Assembly: GCA_910579415.1 (NCBI GenBank)
Contig: CAJTUY010000001.1
Location: 39,864 to 103,863 of the forward strand
Reading direction: 5' to 3'
DNA: 64,000 bases
Origin: an uncultured Clostridia bacterium
GTDB taxonomy: Bacteria; Bacillota; Clostridia; UBA1381
Shown here piece by piece: positions 9,100 to 20,228 of this stretch (its first letter is position 1; every line of letters starts with the position of its first letter). The notes beneath the pieces were generated by a model. It ran no database searches. It was given only the letters and a program-made list of their open reading frames with translations, and was not told the origin of the DNA. The translations under genes were made by a program, and so were the position numbers.

Positions 9100-10944
9100 A
9101 TGAAAAACAAAAAAATTATTGCGCTTGTTTGTGCAATTTCAATGATTTTCTCAATGTTTGCAAGCTTTACTGTTGTAAGCGCGGCAGAGCAGGGAATCGC
9201 TCTTGAAATTGAACAGACAACAGCTACAAAGGCTGTAATTACAGCAAAGGCAGTTGGTTATCCGACTGGTATATCATCTTCAAAGATTGCTATAAGTGTA
9301 CCGGAAGGTGCAACTACTGCGATAGCGTGTCCAATGAAATCTGACGCTATAATGGATACAAGCATTCCAGGCGTAGCAAGCTGTACAATTGGTTTGATGG
9401 AAAATACAGCTGTACCTAATGATGTACTTGCTATTTTTACTGTTACAATGACAGAGGCTTTACCAAAGAACTTTAAGTCAGAATTGGTTTCTGGTTCACA
9501 GATTGCAGCATTTGCAAACGATACAGATGAAGAGCCTACATTGATTTCAGTTGATAAGGGAACTCTTAACGCAACATCAAAATGGATAGAGGCTTCAAAA
9601 TTTGAAGGCACAACAGTTGCTTTGAATGAGAAGTTAAGCAAGGATACTGCTGCTAGTTTGGAAGCTGATAATGAGAATGTTAAAGATGTATATGTAGCAT
9701 ATGAAGCTAAGAAGGGTAATGCGGCGGCTGATTATGGTACAGATTATGTAGCATATTATAACGGAACACAGTTGACAAAAGACCAGTTAAATGCTTATTT
9801 AACAGGTAAGTTCGGTTCAATTGCAGATGCAATTGAAAAGGTTACATTCACATATAAATCAGGAGTTGCGTTTAATGTTCAGCTTGTATCAGTTAATTCA
9901 GATGATGAAGCTGAAGTTGCAGAAAGCGGTACAATAGGCGGCGGTTCTACTAAGCCAACACCGAAGCCGACACCGACACCGACAGCAGGTGTTAAGGTAA
10001 CAGCTGATAAGACTGAAATCTCATCAGACGGTTCAACAAGAGTTAATGCAACAGTTACAGATGCTGAGGGTGCTACACCTGGTACAGAAGTTAAGTTTAC
10101 AGTATCAAGCGGTGCTGACGTACTTGACTTTGACGGCGCTACCGAAGCAACAGTTGCTCTTGCTGATGGTAAGGCTTCTGTAAGAGTATATGCTAAGAAG
10201 GTTGGTACAGCTACTGTTAAGGCTGCTTACACATACACAGACAAAGACGGTGCAGAGCAGACTAAGGAAGGTACTGTTACAATCAGAGTAAAGAATACCA
10301 CAGTTGGCGGCGGTTCAGGCAGTGATGATAAGAAGCCGAGCGGCGGCGGTTCAATCGCAGGTCCGTCAGACTCAATGAATCCGGGCGGCAATTGGTTAGG
10401 TGCTTTCACAGACCTTGATTCAGTTGAATGGGCTAAGCCTTCAATCCTTGCTCTTTCATTAAAGGGTATTGTATCAGGTCGCGGTGACGGTACATTCGCT
10501 CCGAACGATAATATCACAAGAGCTGAATACTGCCAGATTCTAATCGGTGCAATTGAAAAGAGCGCTGAATATGCTGATTCAGAATTTGCTGATGTTCCTT
10601 CAGATGCTTGGTTCTATCATGCAGTTTCTGTTGCAAGCAAGTATGGTATCGTGTCAGGTTACGGTGACGGTAACTTCGGTCCGTATGACCTAATCACAAG
10701 ACAGGATATGGCTCTTATGACATATAAGGCTGCACAGGTAATGAATAAAGACCTTTCAGCTGTAAGAACAATGTCATTTGCTGACGCAGGCGCAATTTCA
10801 GCTTACGCAGCAGAAGCAGTTCAGACACTTGCAGATGCAAACATCATCAATGGTGTATCTGATACAGAATTCGCTCCTAAGGCTAATGCTACAAGAGCGC
10901 AGGCTGCTAAGATTCTTTACGATACATTTGTAAAGATTAACTAA
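9100..10944 (+). CDS. SLH-anchored surface/S-layer protein with putative N-terminal cohesin-like and Ig-like domains
   Basis: Signal peptide MKNKKIIALV..; PT linker; three C-terminal SLH repeats (FAPNDNITRAEY, FGPYDLITRQDM, FAPKANATRAQA). The cohesin-like call is tentative. Confidence 0.85.
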   Translation: MKNKKIIALVCAISMIFSMFASFTVVSAAEQGIALEIEQTTATKAVITAKAVGYPTGISSSKIAISVPEGATTAIACPMKSDAIMDTSIPGVASCTIGLMENTAVPNDVLAIFTVTMTEALPKNFKSELVSGSQIAAFANDTDEEPTLISVDKGTLNATSKWIEASKFEGTTVALNEKLSKDTAASLEADNENVKDVYVAYEAKKGNAAADYGTDYVAYYNGTQLTKDQLNAYLTGKFGSIADAIEKVTFTYKSGVAFNVQLVSVNSDDEAEVAESGTIGGGSTKPTPKPTPTPTAGVKVTADKTEISSDGSTRVNATVTDAEGATPGTEVKFTVSSGADVLDFDGATEATVALADGKASVRVYAKKVGTATVKAAYTYTDKDGAEQTKEGTVTIRVKNTTVGGGSGSDDKKPSGGGSIAGPSDSMNPGGNWLGAFTDLDSVEWAKPSILALSLKGIVSGRGDGTFAPNDNITRAEYCQILIGAIEKSAEYADSEFADVPSDAWFYHAVSVASKYGIVSGYGDGNFGPYDLITRQDMALMTYKAAQVMNKDLSAVRTMSFADAGAISAYAAEAVQTLADANIINGVSDTEFAPKANATRAQAAKILYDTFVKIN

Positions 10945-10956
10945 TCATAGCAATAC

Positions 10957-10986
10957 AGAACAGTCCGAAAGGACTGTTCTTTTTTT
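10957..10986 (+). terminator. Intrinsic terminator
   Basis: AGAACAGTCC-GAAA-GGACTGTTCT followed by a T run. Confidence 0.9.
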
Positions 10987-11116
10987 GTGAAATTTGTTGT
11001 GAAGAAGTGAGATGATAGTATCACACATAACCTTTTGTGGGTGATTTTAATAATATTTATTGCAATTTGGTGATTTTTTTGTTATAATATACATATATAG
11101 CAAAGGGGGCATAAAA

Positions 11117-11791
11117 ATGGTCAGCATAGGTAACGACTGGGACAATATCCTTGACGGTGAATTTGAAAAAGAATATTATTTAAAACTTCGTGCATTTCTT
11201 AAATCGGAATATTCATTACATAATATTCACCCTGATATGTATGACATTTTTAATGCACTGAAATGGACATCATATGCAGATACAAAAGTAGTTATATTTG
11301 GTCAGGACCCTTACCATGAGGTGGGTCAGGCTCACGGACTGGCATTTTCGGTGCAGAAAGGTGTAAAAATTCCTCCTTCGCTTCTTAATATGTATAAAGA
11401 ACTTCAGAATGAGCTTGGTTTATATATACCCAATAACGGTTATTTGGAAAAATGGGCGCGTCAGGGAGTGTTACTTTTAAATTCCTCTCTTACTGTACGT
11501 GACGGAATGGCAAATTCACATAGAAACAGAGGATGGGAAATATTCACTGACCGTATTGTAGAACTTCTTAATAAACGGGAGGACCCTGTGATTTTTATGC
11601 TGTGGGGAAATAACGCGAAGGAGAAAATTAAGGTTATTACATCACCGCATCATAAAATTCTTACTGCGGCTCACCCAAGCCCGCTTTCTGCAAGTCGCGG
11701 ATTTTTCGGCTGCGGTCACTTCAAAACTGCAAATCGTTTACTGGAAGTAATGGGAAAAAAGCCAATTGACTGGCAAATTGAAAATATTTAA
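11117..11791 (+). CDS. ung: Uracil-DNA glycosylase
   Basis: GQDPYH, GVLLLN, HPSPLS. Confidence 0.96.
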   Translation: MVSIGNDWDNILDGEFEKEYYLKLRAFLKSEYSLHNIHPDMYDIFNALKWTSYADTKVVIFGQDPYHEVGQAHGLAFSVQKGVKIPPSLLNMYKELQNELGLYIPNNGYLEKWARQGVLLLNSSLTVRDGMANSHRNRGWEIFTDRIVELLNKREDPVIFMLWGNNAKEKIKVITSPHHKILTAAHPSPLSASRGFFGCGHFKTANRLLEVMGKKPIDWQIENI

Positions 11792-11829
11792 AAAATGCTC
11801 GTTGAACAGAAAAAACTAATGAGAGAACT

Positions 11830-12423
11830 ATGATTATGACAGTTTTTGGTATTACCGGCGGAAGCGGAAGCGGAAAGTCTTTGGTTTGCTCTATGCTGGC
11901 TTCACTCGGAGTTAAGATTATTGATACAGACGTTATTGCGCGTGAGGTTGTAAAAAAAGGCTCGGAATGTCTTAATGAGCTTATATCATATTTTGGAAAT
12001 GATATATTGCTTGCCAATGGAGAACTGAACCGAAGGCAACTTGCATCAATTGCATTTTCCGATAAGGAAAAAACGGATATGCTTAGCAGAATAACTCATA
12101 AATATATTAAAGAGCGTACCTCTGAAATAATTAAGCGCGCTTCTGATAGCTTGATTGCCATTGATGGCGCAGTTATCATAGGCAGTAATATTGAAAATGA
12201 ATGTGAGTTCATTGTTTCTGTTATTGCAGACAGAGCTATACGAATAAGACGCATAAAAGAACGTGATAATCTTACTGACAGTGAGGCAAACCGACGTCTT
12301 GACGCTCAGCCGGATGAGCATTTTTACAGGTCGCATTCAAAGTATATTATCAGCAATAACGGCTCGGAGCAAGAACTTTTTAAACAGGTAAAGTCTTTTT
12401 ATAACGAAATAAGAGGGGTATAA
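11830..12423 (+). CDS. coaE: Dephospho-CoA kinase
   Basis: GITGGSGSGKS, IDTDVIAREVV, LNRRQLA. Confidence 0.9.
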   Translation: MIMTVFGITGGSGSGKSLVCSMLASLGVKIIDTDVIAREVVKKGSECLNELISYFGNDILLANGELNRRQLASIAFSDKEKTDMLSRITHKYIKERTSEIIKRASDSLIAIDGAVIIGSNIENECEFIVSVIADRAIRIRRIKERDNLTDSEANRRLDAQPDEHFYRSHSKYIISNNGSEQELFKQVKSFYNEIRGV

Positions 12424-12425
12424 TT

Positions 12426-12971
12426 TTGAGTAAAATTTTTAAAGCTTTTTTGGCACTGGCAGCGATTGTAATCGCAATTTTAGGTGTCGCAGGCGGCATA
12501 CAAACAAGCCAGCGGGTTAAATATCCCGTAGCTTATGCCGATTTCATTGTAAAATATTCAAACGAAAACGATTTAGACCCGTTTTTGGTTATGGCTGTAA
12601 TTAAAGCGGAGAGCAATTTTGTTCCTGAGGCTCATTCGGGTATTGCAGGCGGTTTGATGCAGTTGACAGAAGAAACTGCCGCATGGAATGCAAACGATAT
12701 GAAATACAGTGGTGACTATGATTACATGGACCCTGAAACTAATATCAGGTTCGGTTGTCATTATCTTCGCCATTTAATAGATATTTACGGCAATATTGAC
12801 ACAGTTCTTGCCGCATATAACGGCGGAATGGGAAATGTGGACAGTTGGCTTAAAAATCCCGATTACAGTGATGACGGTACATCTCTGAAATATATCCCGT
12901 TCCCGGAAACAAGAAATTATGTTATAAGAGTTAACGAGAATTGGGAACATTATAAAAATATGGTTGAATAA
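12426..12971 (+). CDS. Lytic transglycosylase (SLT domain)
   Basis: VIKAESNF, GLMQL, AAYNGG, IPFPETRNYV; N-terminal TM helix. Confidence 0.92.
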   Translation: MSKIFKAFLALAAIVIAILGVAGGIQTSQRVKYPVAYADFIVKYSNENDLDPFLVMAVIKAESNFVPEAHSGIAGGLMQLTEETAAWNANDMKYSGDYDYMDPETNIRFGCHYLRHLIDIYGNIDTVLAAYNGGMGNVDSWLKNPDYSDDGTSLKYIPFPETRNYVIRVNENWEHYKNMVE

Positions 12972-12993
12972 ACAGAAAGGTTTGGTGATTTAT

Positions 12994-13617
12994 ATGTCAT
13001 TAGTTATTACAATAGGAAGGCAGTTCGGAAGCGGCGGACGTGATGTTGGAGAAAAGGTTGCGGAATATTTCAATATACCGTTTTATGATAAGGAACTTGT
13101 TGAAATGGCGGCTCAAAAAAGTAATTTAAGTCAGGAAGCCTTGCGCGAGGTTGATGAACATGCAACTAATAGTTTCCTCTATTCACTTGCAAGCGGAAAT
13201 TATTCAATGCGTGGTATCAATGCCCCGATTTATTATGAAATGCCTATAAATGATAAGCTGTTTATTGCACAGGCTGAGATAATTAAAGAGGTTGCAAAAA
13301 AAGGTTCATGTGTAATTGTCGGCAGATGCGCGGACTATGTTCTTGACGGCGAAGGCATTGATTTGATGAATGTATTTATTTACGGCGGAATAGATTACAG
13401 AGCAAAGCGCGTTATGTCTGCTCTTGACATTACGCAGTCAAAGGCACGTGATAAGGTTATTAAAACCGACAAACAGCGCCGTACCTACTATGATTATTAT
13501 ACAAGCAGGGACTGGGGAGTTATGTCTAACTATGACTTGTGTGTAAATGCTGAGAAGTTTGGTATTGAAGGCGCAGCATCACTTATCATTAACAGCGCTA
13601 AATCAAAGCTTAGATAG
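12994..13617 (+). CDS. Cytidylate kinase-like family protein
   Basis: ITIGRQFGSGG, CVIVGRCADY, DKQRRTYY, YDLCVN. Confidence 0.88.
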   Translation: MSLVITIGRQFGSGGRDVGEKVAEYFNIPFYDKELVEMAAQKSNLSQEALREVDEHATNSFLYSLASGNYSMRGINAPIYYEMPINDKLFIAQAEIIKEVAKKGSCVIVGRCADYVLDGEGIDLMNVFIYGGIDYRAKRVMSALDITQSKARDKVIKTDKQRRTYYDYYTSRDWGVMSNYDLCVNAEKFGIEGAASLIINSAKSKLR

Positions 13618-13620
13618 GGG

Positions 13621-14472
13621 TTGTTGCAGTTGTTGTTTTTAGATATTCTTAATGCCATAGTTTTTGGCGTTGTTCAGGGAATTACCGAATGGCTTCCGAT
13701 AAGCAGTACCGGACATATGATTTTACTTGACCAGTTTCTTGCTTTGACATCAGACAGGGCATTTCGTGATTTGTTTTTGGTTGTAATACAATTCGGTTCG
13801 ATTTTAGCTGTGGTTACGTTGTATTTTCATAAGCTTAACCCGTTTTCACCGAAAAAAACACCATCCCAAAAACGCGGCACATGGACAATGTGGTTTAAAG
13901 TTCTGGCAGGCTGTGTGCCGGCGGCAGTTATAGGCTTGCTATTTGATGATTTGATTATGTCAAAAACATATAATTGGTATGTAGTTGCGGCAATGCTGAT
14001 TATTTACGGAATTTTATTTATCATAATAGAAAACAGAAATAAGGCTCCTAAAATCAAAACTATTGATGAAATGTCATATAAAATGGCGGCGCTTATCGGA
14101 ATATTTCAGGTGCTTGCCATGATACCCGGTACTTCGCGAAGCGGAGCTACAATTCTGGGTGCGGTATTGATTGGCGCAAGCAGAAATGTTGCAGCGGAAT
14201 TTTCGTTTTTTCTTGCCGTACCTGTAATGCTCGGTGCAAGCGCGTTGGAAATACTAAAGTATTTTATGGAATACGGCATGTTCAGCGGCGGACAGTGGAT
14301 AACGCTGTTGACAGGAATGGTAACGGCATATATTGTTTCAATATTTGCGATTAAATTCCTTATGGATTACATCAGAAAGCATGATTTTAAGGTATTCGGA
14401 TATTACAGAATTATACTTGGTGTGATAGTGATATTGTATTTTGCACTGTCACACGCGCAGATAGTCGGATAA
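13621..14472 (+). CDS. uppP: Undecaprenyl-diphosphate phosphatase
   Basis: GVVQGITEWLPISSTGH, IPGTSRSGATI. Confidence 0.95.
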   Translation: MLQLLFLDILNAIVFGVVQGITEWLPISSTGHMILLDQFLALTSDRAFRDLFLVVIQFGSILAVVTLYFHKLNPFSPKKTPSQKRGTWTMWFKVLAGCVPAAVIGLLFDDLIMSKTYNWYVVAAMLIIYGILFIIIENRNKAPKIKTIDEMSYKMAALIGIFQVLAMIPGTSRSGATILGAVLIGASRNVAAEFSFFLAVPVMLGASALEILKYFMEYGMFSGGQWITLLTGMVTAYIVSIFAIKFLMDYIRKHDFKVFGYYRIILGVIVILYFALSHAQIVG

Positions 14473-14476
14473 AATT

Positions 14477-14512
14477 AAATACAGCGGTACATCTGTACCA
14501 CTGTATTTTTTT
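14477..14512. terminator. Hairpin terminator between convergent genes
   Basis: AAATACAGCGGTAC-ATCT-GTACCACTGTATTTTTTT. Confidence 0.75.
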
Positions 14513-14540
14513 GCATTATTATAAAAGTGCGTTACATTCT

Positions 14541-14921
14541 TTACAATATATTTTCTAATTTCATTTCGTAATTTTTTGGCAGGTGGTCAAACAGAAAATC
14601 AAGCACACGACAGTTTGACAGCGCGTCTGTTTTTTCTCCGCCATCAATGTATTCCACAAGCTCAGAAATGTTCATTTCTATTTTATCAATCTCTTCATGG
14701 TTGCCTGTTGCTTCGAGAATGGCGCGGTGAGAATCAAGGTAATCGTTCAATTCTTTTGCGGAAGATGACGCCTTGCTGTAATTCTCGGCGGTGAGCGCTT
14801 CGATAATGACTTTGTTGATGTCGCTCAGCTCCTCAGATACGTTTTCTATATGGTTTGTGTATGCTATACTGCCAATAAGAATAAGTATGGCTATAACACC
14901 GGATATTATAACACCCTTCAT
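14541..14921 (-). CDS. DUF4363-like small exported protein
   Basis: N-terminal TM helix, HEEIDKIE motif, C-terminal LENIL; typical partner of DUF421. Confidence 0.7.
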   Translation of the reverse strand: MKGVIISGVIAILILIGSIAYTNHIENVSEELSDINKVIIEALTAENYSKASSSAKELNDYLDSHRAILEATGNHEEIDKIEMNISELVEYIDGGEKTDALSNCRVLDFLFDHLPKNYEMKLENIL

Positions 14922-15604
14922 TTCATGGCTCTCTCCTTTAACTGGATAAATAATTCGTTTTCTGCATCAAGAGATGCTATAAATACGTCTTTTATTCTTT
15001 TTATGTTGCGTTTTGTCATCTCTTTTTCAAACCATTCAAGACTTTTTCCCGAACGCTCAAGCTCGTGCTTGTCCAGCACACCGTCGGAAACAATGGTGCA
15101 GGGCAGTCCGTCATGACGTAAATTTGTGAGTTTTAAATCCTCAGTTGTAGCCGTACGCGCACTGTCTTTGGGTATTACACTAAGCTTGCCGCTGGTTTCA
15201 ATTACCGCAACCTGTACATCAGATACATCGTGACAGCCGTTAAGCCTTAATTCCTCAAGTAAATCATTTATATTAAATCTCAGCTTTTTTAGTTCGCGTT
15301 CATCAATATGACCGTTGTATATAATAATGCTTGCTTCGCCGCTTAAAAGCTTACGCATATGTTTGCTTTTCAGACTTAAATATGACATCATGACCTCTGC
15401 AATGAGCAGTGTCATTACCGGCAGTATACCTGAGAGAAGAGGTATATCAATAGCCTGCATGGGTACTGAAGCAAGGTCAGAAATCATTATTGCAACAACC
15501 AGTTCCGACGGCTGTAATTCCCCGAGCTGACGTTTTCCCATTATACGCATAGCGATAATTACCATAATATATAAAATCAGAGTTCTCAGTACAAGTATAA
15601 GCAT
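14918..15604 (-). CDS. DUF421 (YetF-like) membrane protein
   Basis: MRIMGKRQLGEL, LLEELRLNG, IETSGKLSVIPK. Confidence 0.88.
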   Translation of the reverse strand: MLILVLRTLILYIMVIIAMRIMGKRQLGELQPSELVVAIMISDLASVPMQAIDIPLLSGILPVMTLLIAEVMMSYLSLKSKHMRKLLSGEASIIIYNGHIDERELKKLRFNINDLLEELRLNGCHDVSDVQVAVIETSGKLSVIPKDSARTATTEDLKLTNLRHDGLPCTIVSDGVLDKHELERSGKSLEWFEKEMTKRNIKRIKDVFIASLDAENELFIQLKERAMK

Positions 15605-15711
15605 ATTATCCCTCCGTTTTTTGATGTACATATTATTTCACAGCCTATAATTTTTATGTATTGCTTTACTTTCACAAACTAAAGTGATATAATGTTAAAG
15701 AGGTGAAAATT

Positions 15712-16599
15712 ATGTATGAATTGTATCAGGTTGGAGCAGACAGCTTTTATTTACAGGCTCCTGCAAAGATAGGAATTTTTCGTCTGAATGAAACAGATGT
15801 GTGTTTAATAGACAGCGGCAATGACAAAAATGCAGGACGTAAAGTAAGACAAATTCTGGACGGTAACGGCTGGCAGTTAACCTCGATTTACAATACACAT
15901 TCAAATGCCGACCACATAGGCGGCAACAGATATTTGCAGCAGCAGACAAACTGCCGGATATATGCGCCGGATATTGAGCGTGATTTTATAAATCATCCTA
16001 TTCTGGAGCCTGCTTTTCTATACGGTGGTTTTCCCTGCGGCGATTTAAGACATAAATTTTTACTGGCGCAGGAAAGCAGAGCCATGCTGCTTACAGACAA
16101 TTGCCTGCCTGAAGGATTAAGTTCAATAAAGCTTGCCGGACATTTTTTTGATATGGCAGGATACAGGACAAAAGATGATGTGGTATATTTGGCAGATTGT
16201 TTGTCAAGCAGGGAAACACTTGATAAGTATCAAATAGGCTTTATTTATGATGTTGGTGAATACCTGAATACGCTTGAACATGTTAAAACAATGACGGCGA
16301 AGATGTTTGTACCTGCTCATGCCGAACCGACAGACGATATATCGGAGCTTGCTCAGATGAATATTGATAAAGTTCTTGAAATTGCGGATAAAATACTTAA
16401 TATATGTAAAACGCCCGTGACCTTCGAAAAATTATTGCAAAGACTGTTTGATGATTATGAACTACGGATGAATTTTGAACAGTATGTACTGGTAGGGAGT
16501 ACGGTTCGTTCGTATCTTTCGTATTTGAGGGATACGGAACGTATGGATATACAGTTTTATAATAATGAAATGTTATGGCAAAGTAAGGAGAATGCTTGA
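15712..16599 (+). CDS. MBL-fold metallo-hydrolase
   Basis: LIDSG, THSNADHIGG, GH, VPAH. Confidence 0.85.
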   Translation: MYELYQVGADSFYLQAPAKIGIFRLNETDVCLIDSGNDKNAGRKVRQILDGNGWQLTSIYNTHSNADHIGGNRYLQQQTNCRIYAPDIERDFINHPILEPAFLYGGFPCGDLRHKFLLAQESRAMLLTDNCLPEGLSSIKLAGHFFDMAGYRTKDDVVYLADCLSSRETLDKYQIGFIYDVGEYLNTLEHVKTMTAKMFVPAHAEPTDDISELAQMNIDKVLEIADKILNICKTPVTFEKLLQRLFDDYELRMNFEQYVLVGSTVRSYLSYLRDTERMDIQFYNNEMLWQSKENA

Positions 16600-16892
16600 T
16601 GAAAGAAATTAACGATAAAAGTATGGACGTGTTGTTTAATGCGGTATTGCAGTTACAGAACAAGGAGGAATGTACAAAATTTTTTGCTGACCTTTGTACT
16701 ATTTCAGAGCTTAAATCCATGAGCCAGCGTATGGAAGTTGCGCTTATGCTGCGCGCTAAGAGTGTGTATACGGATATTGCCTCAAAGACAGGTGCCTCAA
16801 CCGCTACAATAAGCAGAGTGAACCGCTGTATAAACTACGGGGCGGGGGGATATAATTTAATACTTGACCGAATGGAGAAGGAGAAGATATGA
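16599..16892 (+). CDS. TrpR-like YerC/YecD protein
   Basis: FFADLCTISEL, QRMEVA, TGASTATISRVNR. Confidence 0.9.
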   Translation: MKEINDKSMDVLFNAVLQLQNKEECTKFFADLCTISELKSMSQRMEVALMLRAKSVYTDIASKTGASTATISRVNRCINYGAGGYNLILDRMEKEKI

Positions 16893-17626
16893 ATACCTAT
16901 TCAGATATGGCACAGGTATATGATGAGCTTATGCATAAGGATATAAATTATGAAGCATGGGCGGACTATATAGAAAATCTCTTTGACCGTTATGATGTAA
17001 ATCCAAAGCTTGTATGCGATTTGGCATGCGGTACGGGCAATATGACAATACCTCTTGCGCGTCGCGGTTATGATATGACAGGTGTAGATATTTCTGAGGA
17101 AATGCTCAATATAGCCCGTGACAAATCTGATGGACTTGATATATTGTTTCTGAACCAGAATATAACCCGTCTTGACCTGTACGGCACAATGGGCGCATTT
17201 ATATGTATGATTGACGGTCTTAATTATGTCTTGCCGGCTAAAGGACTTTTTGAGCTTTTCAGACGTATTAAAACCTGTTTTATAGATGAAGGCGGATTGT
17301 TCATTTTTGACATAAGCACAGAATATAAGCTGAAGAATATTATCGGCTCAAATACGTTTATTCACTGCGGAAAAGATATTTTTTACTCGTGGCAGAACAG
17401 ATATTTTGAGAAAAAAAGGCTTTCAGATATGTTTCTTACCTTTTTTGTTAAGGACGGCAGTAAATATTCAAGGTTTGAAGAAAGGCATTTACAGCGCGCG
17501 CACAGTGAAAACGAACTGAAAACACTGCTGAAAAAAGCGGGATTTACAATGATTGATACATATGACGCGCTGACGTTTGCAAAACCGCGAAACGACAGTG
17601 AACGTATAGTGTTTGTGTGTCGTTAA
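16889..17626 (+). CDS. Class I SAM-dependent methyltransferase
   Basis: DLACGTG, GVDISEEML, GGLFIFD. Confidence 0.9.
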   Translation: MNTYSDMAQVYDELMHKDINYEAWADYIENLFDRYDVNPKLVCDLACGTGNMTIPLARRGYDMTGVDISEEMLNIARDKSDGLDILFLNQNITRLDLYGTMGAFICMIDGLNYVLPAKGLFELFRRIKTCFIDEGGLFIFDISTEYKLKNIIGSNTFIHCGKDIFYSWQNRYFEKKRLSDMFLTFFVKDGSKYSRFEERHLQRAHSENELKTLLKKAGFTMIDTYDALTFAKPRNDSERIVFVCR

Positions 17627-17651
17627 AACAGTGAAAATTATAGGTTTTTAC

Positions 17652-17680
17652 TTGATTTTTATGCCGTTTTGTGGTAAAAT
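17652..17680 (+). promoter_or_regulatory. Promoter of gyrA
   Basis: TTGATT-17-TAAAAT with extended TG. Confidence 0.65.
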
Positions 17681-17727
17681 AATAAAGATTGAAAAGATAA
17701 GTATTTAATTAAACTTAGGAGGAAATT

Positions 17728-20226
17728 ATGGCAAAGAAGTCTGAGGATTTAAAGCTGGATATGGAGGCAATTGAAAATCAGCATATTGTTAATGTTGACC
17801 TCAACAGCGAAATGAAAAAGGCATATATTTCTTACGCGATGAGCGTTATCATAAGCCGCGCACTTCCTGATGTGCGCGACGGTATGAAGCCTGTTCACAG
17901 ACGTATATTATATGATATGTACGAAGCAAATCTGCTTTACGAAAACGATTTTAAGAAGTCTGCGGCTACGGTCGGTGACGTGCTTGGTAAATATCATCCG
18001 CACGGTGACGCGTCCGTATATGATGCAATGGTTCGTATGGCGCAGGATTTCTCGCTTCGTTATCCGCTTGTACAGGGTAAGGGTAACTTCGGAAGCGTTG
18101 ACGGCGACCCGCCTGCGGCTTACCGTTATACTGAGGCTAAGATGTCGCAGATATCTTCGCTTATGCTTACGGATATTGAAAAGGATACTGTTGAATTTGT
18201 ACCGAACTATGACGATAAATTAAAGGAACCCGATGTGCTTCCGTCACGTTTCCCAAATCTTTTGGTAAACGGTTCGTCAGGTATTGCGGTAGGTATGGCA
18301 ACAAATATTCCGCCGCATAATCTTACGGAAGTGGTTGACGGAATAATAGCCGTTATTGACGACCCTATGATTACTACCGAAGAGCTTATGACGTATATTC
18401 AGGGTCCCGACTTCCCGACAGGCGGAGTTATCATGGGCAAAAGTGGTATACGAAGCGCATATACAACAGGACGCGGCAGGATTATTCTGAGAGCTAAGGC
18501 GGAGATTGAGGAATATAACGGCAGACACAGAATTATTGTTTCGGAAATTCCGTATCAGGTAAACAAGGCTAAGCTTGAAAAGCATATAAATGAACTGGTA
18601 CGCGACGGAAAGATTGACGGTATTTCATCAACCCGTGATGAGTCCACAGAGGTAATCCGACTTGTGATTGACTTAAAACGTGATGCCAATCCGAATGTGG
18701 TTTTAAATAATCTTTATAAATTCACTCAGATGCAGGACACCTTCGGCGTTATTCTTATTGCCCTTGTGGACAAAGAGCCTAAGGTGCTTACGCTCAGAGA
18801 AATGATTGACTATTATATTGCGCATCAGGAGGACGTTATAACAAGACGTACCAAATTTGAGCTTCAGAAGGCGCTCGACCGCGCTCATATATTAGAAGGC
18901 TATAAGATTGTCATAGATAATGTTGACGAGGTTATACGTATTATACGCGCGGCAAAAAATATACCTGATGCGAAGGCGGCATTAAGCGAACGCTTTGGAC
19001 TTTCCGATGCGCAGGCTGATGCGATTGTAAAAATGCAGCTCGGACGTCTGTCTGGTATGGAGCGCGAAAAGATTGAAGAAGAATATGCTGAAGTTACGGC
19101 TAAAATTGCCGATTACAGAGATATTCTTGAAAACGAGAGCCGTGTTCTTGATATAGTTAAGACGGACCTTACAAAGGTAAAGGAAAAGTACGGTGATGAA
19201 AGAAGAACGGAAATATCGATGGTTACAAATGAAATTGATATTGACGACCTTATTGACGAAGAAGACATTGTTGTAACAATGACGCATAACGGTTATACTA
19301 AGCGTCAGCCTGTTGACACATATAAATCACAGCGCAGAGGCGGACGCGGCATCTCGGGTATGACAACGCGTGAAGAAGATTTTGTGGAGCATCTGTTTAC
19401 CACAACAACGCATCATACGCTGCTGTTCTTTACCACAAGAGGTATTGTTTATAAGCTTAAAGGCTATCAGATACCTGAAGCGTCAAGGCAGGCAAAGGGA
19501 ATGGCTATTGTTAACCTTCTTCCGATTGAGCCTGATGAAAAGGTTACGGCAATGATTGCAATTAAGGATTTTGAGGATGGCAAGCATCTGACGTTTGTTA
19601 CGCGCAACGGTGTTGTCAAAAAGACACCTCTTATGGATTATTCAAAAATCCGTAACGGAGGATTGCGCGCAATAAATATTGATGAGGATGATGAGCTTAT
19701 CCGGGTTAAACTGACAGACGACAGTCAGGACCTTATTTTGGGTACGCATAACGGCTATGCAATACGGTTTAATGTCGGCGAGGTTCGTCAGACCGGACGT
19801 ACAACGCGCGGTGTAAAGGGCATTGACCTGCGTGACGGCGATTATGTTATAGGCGCGTCAACCGCGCTTCCAGAAACGCAGCTTCTGACCGTTACGGAAA
19901 ACGGCTACGGCAAAAAGACGCCGCTTGATGAATATCGTATACAGTCGCGCGGCGGTAAAGGTATATTCACATATAAAATTACTGAAAAAACCGGTAAGCT
20001 TGCCGGTATGAAGACTGTTACTGACGAGGATGATATTATTCTTATTACTTCAGACGGCGTTATTATAAGAATGCATACAGACGAGATTTCGTCTTACAGC
20101 CGTCAGACACAGGGCGTAAGAGTGATGAAGCTTGCCGAAGGCGTAAATGTGGTAAGTGTTGCGCGTACAGAACATGAAGATGAAGCTGATGACAGCGAGC
20201 TTGAAACAGAAGGAGAGGCTGAATAA
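17728..20226 (+). CDS. gyrA: DNA gyrase subunit A
   Basis: [22 protein letters not shown], and the GyrA box QRRGGRG (distinguishes it from ParC). Confidence 0.96.
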   Translation: MAKKSEDLKLDMEAIENQHIVNVDLNSEMKKAYISYAMSVIISRALPDVRDGMKPVHRRILYDMYEANLLYENDFKKSAATVGDVLGKYHPHGDASVYDAMVRMAQDFSLRYPLVQGKGNFGSVDGDPPAAYRYTEAKMSQISSLMLTDIEKDTVEFVPNYDDKLKEPDVLPSRFPNLLVNGSSGIAVGMATNIPPHNLTEVVDGIIAVIDDPMITTEELMTYIQGPDFPTGGVIMGKSGIRSAYTTGRGRIILRAKAEIEEYNGRHRIIVSEIPYQVNKAKLEKHINELVRDGKIDGISSTRDESTEVIRLVIDLKRDANPNVVLNNLYKFTQMQDTFGVILIALVDKEPKVLTLREMIDYYIAHQEDVITRRTKFELQKALDRAHILEGYKIVIDNVDEVIRIIRAAKNIPDAKAALSERFGLSDAQADAIVKMQLGRLSGMEREKIEEEYAEVTAKIADYRDILENESRVLDIVKTDLTKVKEKYGDERRTEISMVTNEIDIDDLIDEEDIVVTMTHNGYTKRQPVDTYKSQRRGGRGISGMTTREEDFVEHLFTTTTHHTLLFFTTRGIVYKLKGYQIPEASRQAKGMAIVNLLPIEPDEKVTAMIAIKDFEDGKHLTFVTRNGVVKKTPLMDYSKIRNGGLRAINIDEDDELIRVKLTDDSQDLILGTHNGYAIRFNVGEVRQTGRTTRGVKGIDLRDGDYVIGASTALPETQLLTVTENGYGKKTPLDEYRIQSRGGKGIFTYKITEKTGKLAGMKTVTDEDDIILITSDGVIIRMHTDEISSYSRQTQGVRVMKLAEGVNVVSVARTEHEDEADDSELETEGEAE

Positions 20227-20228
20227 TT

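Noticed and set aside
15625..15662. Possible SigE-type sporulation promoter for the DUF421-DUF4363 pair
   Set aside because: CATA...AATAATAT match is too degenerate in AT-rich DNA to support.
17728..20226. ParC assignment because gyrB is absent
   Set aside because: The GyrA box QRRGGRG and an acidic tail are present.
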